From: a virus
Virus record (IMG/VR): IMGVR_UViG_3300025706_000009
Strand: one strand, 5' to 3'
Length of the DNA stretch: 44,120 nucleotides
Both the position numbers and the translations under genes were made by a program. Positions 40,914-44,120 of this stretch are shown here, one piece after another (position 1 is the first letter of the stretch; every line of letters begins with the position of its first letter). The notes beneath the pieces were generated by a model. The model did no database searches, was not told the DNA's origin, and saw only the letters and a program-made list of their open reading frames with translations.

Positions 40914-40997
40914 GTTAGCCTTTTGGCGCAATTTTCGTGCCTATGACATACACTGTTCATGCCGGTAGAAGCCTCAGAAGTGAGGGAGCGCAACGTA

Positions 40998-41414
40998 ATG
41001 ACCGCGCGGGATGCGATGGATAAGCGCGGCATGTCTATCGATGACTTTCTCAGGGTAGTTCAAGACGGGATCAATGCCAAGGTCACCAGGACCCACAAGA
41101 TCAAGGGCAAGATAGCATCGTACAGGAACGGCCGGAAGAAGCTGGCCAAGGGCGTTCGCATCATGGCCGAAGGCTACAAGCCGGAGATCTCCAAGCAGGG
41201 CACGGCCTACGATGACGGCGACACCCTGGTACAGTTCGACGAGATCGATCACAAGATCAGGCTCGAGGCCGCGGATATGGGCTTCAGGCTCCTCGGATCA
41301 TTCGCCCCAACCAAGCATGAGCACACCTTGCCGGAAGGAACCGAGCTCGAGAAGGCCGCCATTGATGCCTTGAAGGACATGGCGGCGAAGCACCGGGAGG
41401 CAGGCAATGATTGA
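40998..41414 (+). CDS. terS: Terminase small subunit (138 aa; alternative start 40959)
   Basis: Lies immediately upstream of terL and overlaps it. IRLEAADMGFRLLGSFAPTK resembles the conserved C-terminal helix of small terminases. ATG 40998 follows GAGGGAG; ATG 40959 has no SD. Confidence 0.6.
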   Translation: MTARDAMDKRGMSIDDFLRVVQDGINAKVTRTHKIKGKIASYRNGRKKLAKGVRIMAEGYKPEISKQGTAYDDGDTLVQFDEIDHKIRLEAADMGFRLLGSFAPTKHEHTLPEGTELEKAAIDALKDMAAKHREAGND

Positions 41415-42963
41415 TTCGATCACGGCAGGCCTGACCCGGAAGCAATGCAATAACCTGTACGATGAAGTGGCAGCACTCGCGCAGCCCCGCGACATTCATA
41501 GGGTCCTCTGCCAGCAGGATCTGTTCTTCCTTCTGAGCCGCGTATGCCGGCGCATGGACATAAACCGCGATTGGCTCTTCGAGCGCTGCAGGGAGGTGGA
41601 GGCCAACCCGAACGGGTACCTGGACCTCTGGGCCCGGGAGCATTACAAGTCGACGATCATCACCTTCGGCCTGACCATCCAGGACATCATCAGGGATCCC
41701 GAGCTCTGCATTGCCATCTTCTCGCTTAACAGGCCCATAGCCAAGAAGTTCATGAGCCAGATCAAGCAGGAGCTCACCGAGAACGTGGTCCTGAAGGGCT
41801 TATTCCCGTCTGTCCTCTGGGCAAATCCCGAGAAGGAAGCGCCTACCTGGTCACTCGATGACGGCCTTATCGTGAAGCGCCAGGGCAACCCCAAGGAGCC
41901 TACCCTTTCGGCATGGGGGCTCATCGAAGGCATGCCCACATCGGCTCACTACAACATCAGGATTTACGACGACATCATTGACGAGCGGCATGTAGGCAAC
42001 CCCGAGATGATCGCCAAGGCGACCAAGGCCTGGGAGCTCTCGCTCAACCTGGGCAGCGCAAACCCCACAAAATACCACGGCGCCAACGTGGAGCGATATG
42101 TAGGAACCCGCTACCACTTCAACGACCCGTACCGCGAGATCAAGAAGCGCGAGGCAGCCATCGAGCGCAAGTATCCCGGGACCATCGACGGGAAGCCGGA
42201 CGGGTATCCTGTCCTCTGGACCAGGGAGTTCATGGACGCGAAGCGGAAGAAGATGGGATCCTACGTCTTCTCCTGCCAGATACTCCAGGATCCCGTTGCC
42301 GACGAGGCCCAGAACTTCAAGGAGGATTGGTTGAGCTTCTGGGGCGGCGTCAACCACCAGGGCATGAACAAGTACCTGCTCTGTGACCCAGCAGGCGAGA
42401 AGAAGAAAGACAACGACTACACCGTTATGCTCGTCATAGGCCTGGGCCCAGACCAGAACTACTACCTGATCGACGGCATCAGGGATCGTCTGAACCTCAC
42501 CGAGCGCACCAGCCGCCTTATGGCCTTCCATCGCAAGTACCGGCCCAAGGCCACGGGATACGAGAAGTATGGCAAAGATTCTGACATAGAGCACATCGAG
42601 GACACCCAGAAGCTCGAGGAATACCGCTTCACCATTACTCCCCTCGGCGGCCCCATGCCTAAGAATGACCGAATCCGCAAGCTGATACCGCTCTTCGAGA
42701 ACCATCGGTTCTTCCTGCCGCCACGGCTCATCTTCACGGATTACCAAGGCAAGGAGCAGGACCTCGTCAAGCTGTTCATAGATGAAGAGTTCAGCATGTT
42801 CCCCTTTGCGCAGCATGACGACATCCTCGACGACATGGCTCGCATCGTAGACCAGGACCTCAAGGCCGTATTCCCCGACTCGGGCACCCTGACAGAGGCG
42901 GCAGTCAAGGACCTCTGGCTCAAGAACGCACCGCCGTCAGTGAGGAGCGCCTATGGCCGCTAA
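41407..42963 (+). CDS. terL: Terminase large subunit (518 aa)
   Basis: WAREHYKSTII is a Walker A-like terminase motif. It is followed by an Asp-rich nuclease half (LLCDPAGEKKKDNDYTV...DDILDDMAR). The gene precedes the portal gene. Confidence 0.8.
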   Translation: MIDSITAGLTRKQCNNLYDEVAALAQPRDIHRVLCQQDLFFLLSRVCRRMDINRDWLFERCREVEANPNGYLDLWAREHYKSTIITFGLTIQDIIRDPELCIAIFSLNRPIAKKFMSQIKQELTENVVLKGLFPSVLWANPEKEAPTWSLDDGLIVKRQGNPKEPTLSAWGLIEGMPTSAHYNIRIYDDIIDERHVGNPEMIAKATKAWELSLNLGSANPTKYHGANVERYVGTRYHFNDPYREIKKREAAIERKYPGTIDGKPDGYPVLWTREFMDAKRKKMGSYVFSCQILQDPVADEAQNFKEDWLSFWGGVNHQGMNKYLLCDPAGEKKKDNDYTVMLVIGLGPDQNYYLIDGIRDRLNLTERTSRLMAFHRKYRPKATGYEKYGKDSDIEHIEDTQKLEEYRFTITPLGGPMPKNDRIRKLIPLFENHRFFLPPRLIFTDYQGKEQDLVKLFIDEEFSMFPFAQHDDILDDMARIVDQDLKAVFPDSGTLTEAAVKDLWLKNAPPSVRSAYGR

Positions 42964-44120
42964 GAAATCTCAGGCAGGATACCGGGACCTCGGGGTCCAG
43001 AACGGGGCGAACTACGTCAAGGACTTCAACGAGGCCTACAACAATGCGTACCCTGCATGGTCCCAGGCCTGGACCGAGATGAAGAGGGACATCGAGTTCG
43101 TCCTCGGCAAACAGTGGAGCGCAGAGGAAGAAGCCTACCTGCTCAAGCAGGGAAGGGCAGCCCTGCACTTCAACAAGATGATGCGGATTGTCAAGCTCAT
43201 CAGCGGCTACCAGCGTAAGAACCGGCTGTCCCTGAAGGCAGACCCCGTGGAAGGCTCCGACGTACAGACCGCGGAGCAGCTCACCGCCATCCTCCTGTGG
43301 CTGTTCTCGAGCAACCAGATGTACCTGACCATGTCCGAGGGCTTCGAGGCCGGGGCACTCATGAGCGGTATCAACCTCCTGCACATCGGCATGGACTACA
43401 TGCAGGACATCGTCAACGGCGACCCGCAGGTCTTCAGGCACCCGCACAACCAGTTCCTCCTGGACCCGACCTTCACCAGGCGCAACCTGGACGACTGCGA
43501 TTACGCCATGATCAGGATGGCCCCGAACAAGGACCAGGCGAAGATCCTGCTCCCGTTCATGGACCCTGACGACATCGACGGCCTGAGGCTGTCCGGCATG
43601 GACAACAAGTTCCCTCTCATGACGAGCCACCGGGACACGCTCAACAGGCCGCGGCTGAACCTGTACTACTTCTGGCGACGCACCACGAAGACCGCGTGGC
43701 TGATCCTGGACCGTCAGACCGGTGCCACCCGGGAAGTGGATATGCCCACCGCCAAGGTCAACCAGGCCCTTGAAATAGCCTACGCCATGCACGGCGAGCG
43801 GTTCGAGAAGATCAAGAAGAGCAAGGGAGTCGTTGAGCTCGACATCATCCTGCAGAACCTGTGCGTGTACCACGGGCCCGACCCTACGGGCATCGAGTCC
43901 CACTTCCCCCTGGTCCCGGTCATGGGCACCTACGTCCCCGAGTACGAGGATTGGGCCTACAAGATCCAGGGGCTCTCGAGGCAGCTCCGCGACCCGCAGA
44001 CCGAGAAGAACAAGCGCATGAGCCAGATGCTCGACATCATCGAGAGCCAGATCAACTCGGGATGGAAGGCCAAGGGCAAGGCTGTGCTCAACAAGGACGA
44101 CCTCTACCGCTCCGGCCAGG
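42953..44120 (+). CDS. Portal protein, N-terminal ~389 codons. The ORF runs off the window end and continues at 128..963.
   Basis: ATG 42953 overlaps the terL 3' end. I translated frame 2 to 44120 and found no stop (MAAKKSQAGYRDLGVQNGANYVKDFNEAY...). It is absent from the track only because it is unterminated. The antisense ORF 42920..43903 is a shadow ORF. Confidence 0.85.
   Translation, partial: MAAKKSQAGYRDLGVQNGANYVKDFNEAYNNAYPAWSQAWTEMKRDIEFVLGKQWSAEEEAYLLKQGRAALHFNKMMRIVKLISGYQRKNRLSLKADPVEGSDVQTAEQLTAILLWLFSSNQMYLTMSEGFEAGALMSGINLLHIGMDYMQDIVNGDPQVFRHPHNQFLLDPTFTRRNLDDCDYAMIRMAPNKDQAKILLPFMDPDDIDGLRLSGMDNKFPLMTSHRDTLNRPRLNLYYFWRRTTKTAWLILDRQTGATREVDMPTAKVNQALEIAYAMHGERFEKIKKSKGVVELDIILQNLCVYHGPDPTGIESHFPLVPVMGTYVPEYEDWAYKIQGLSRQLRDPQTEKNKRMSQMLDIIESQINSGWKAKGKAVLNKDDLYRSGQ
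43994..44120. repeat. Terminal direct repeat, copy 2 (identical to 1..127)
   Basis: See copy 1. Confidence 0.95.

Overview
The window is a complete dsDNA tailed-phage genome of about 43,993 bp with podovirus-like gene order. Bases 1-127 recur exactly at 43994-44120, and the portal gene reads in frame through that junction. The backbone is GC-rich: sampled 60-nt lines count roughly 60-68% GC by eye. Shine-Dalgarno sites are long, of the GGAGGTGA type. Several AT-richer islands (about 38-47% GC) stand out.

There are three transcription blocks.

(1) Rightward late block, 40.9 kb -> wrap -> 25.3 kb. It holds terS, terL, portal and scaffold. The HK97-fold major capsid gene is interrupted by a group I intron carrying a LAGLIDADG homing endonuclease. 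Next come a GH108-type endolysin with small lysis-cassette genes, and a 1474-aa repeat-rich fibre. A low-GC cassette of signal-peptide proteins follows, including a PL1 pectate-lyase-like depolymerase. The block ends with a 602-aa nozzle-like protein and three internal-virion-like proteins. The last of these is a ~1525-aa polyvalent-type protein with an HEIGH zincin motif and an AT-rich inserted domain.

(2) Leftward early block, 36.1 -> 25.3 kb, driven by two near-consensus sigma70-type promoters. It contains many small Cys-rich or TM proteins and a Cas4-like exonuclease with a putative annealing protein. It also carries a low-GC DNA-modification-like island: PAPS-reductase-like, divergent tyrosine-recombinase-like, DUF4406-like, and an SNF2 helicase-DNA methyltransferase fusion.

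(3) Rightward early/replication block, 36.2 -> 40.8 kb. A possibly leaderless HTH regulator is followed by a 270-nt ORF-poor region with three tandem intrinsic-terminator hairpins. Then come a DUF1376-type replisome organiser with internal iteron-like repeats, a DnaB-like ATPase, a VRR-NUC nuclease, and envelope proteins.

I found no tRNA, rRNA, CRISPR array, reverse transcriptase or polymerase gene. All family assignments come from motif recognition by eye, not database searches.
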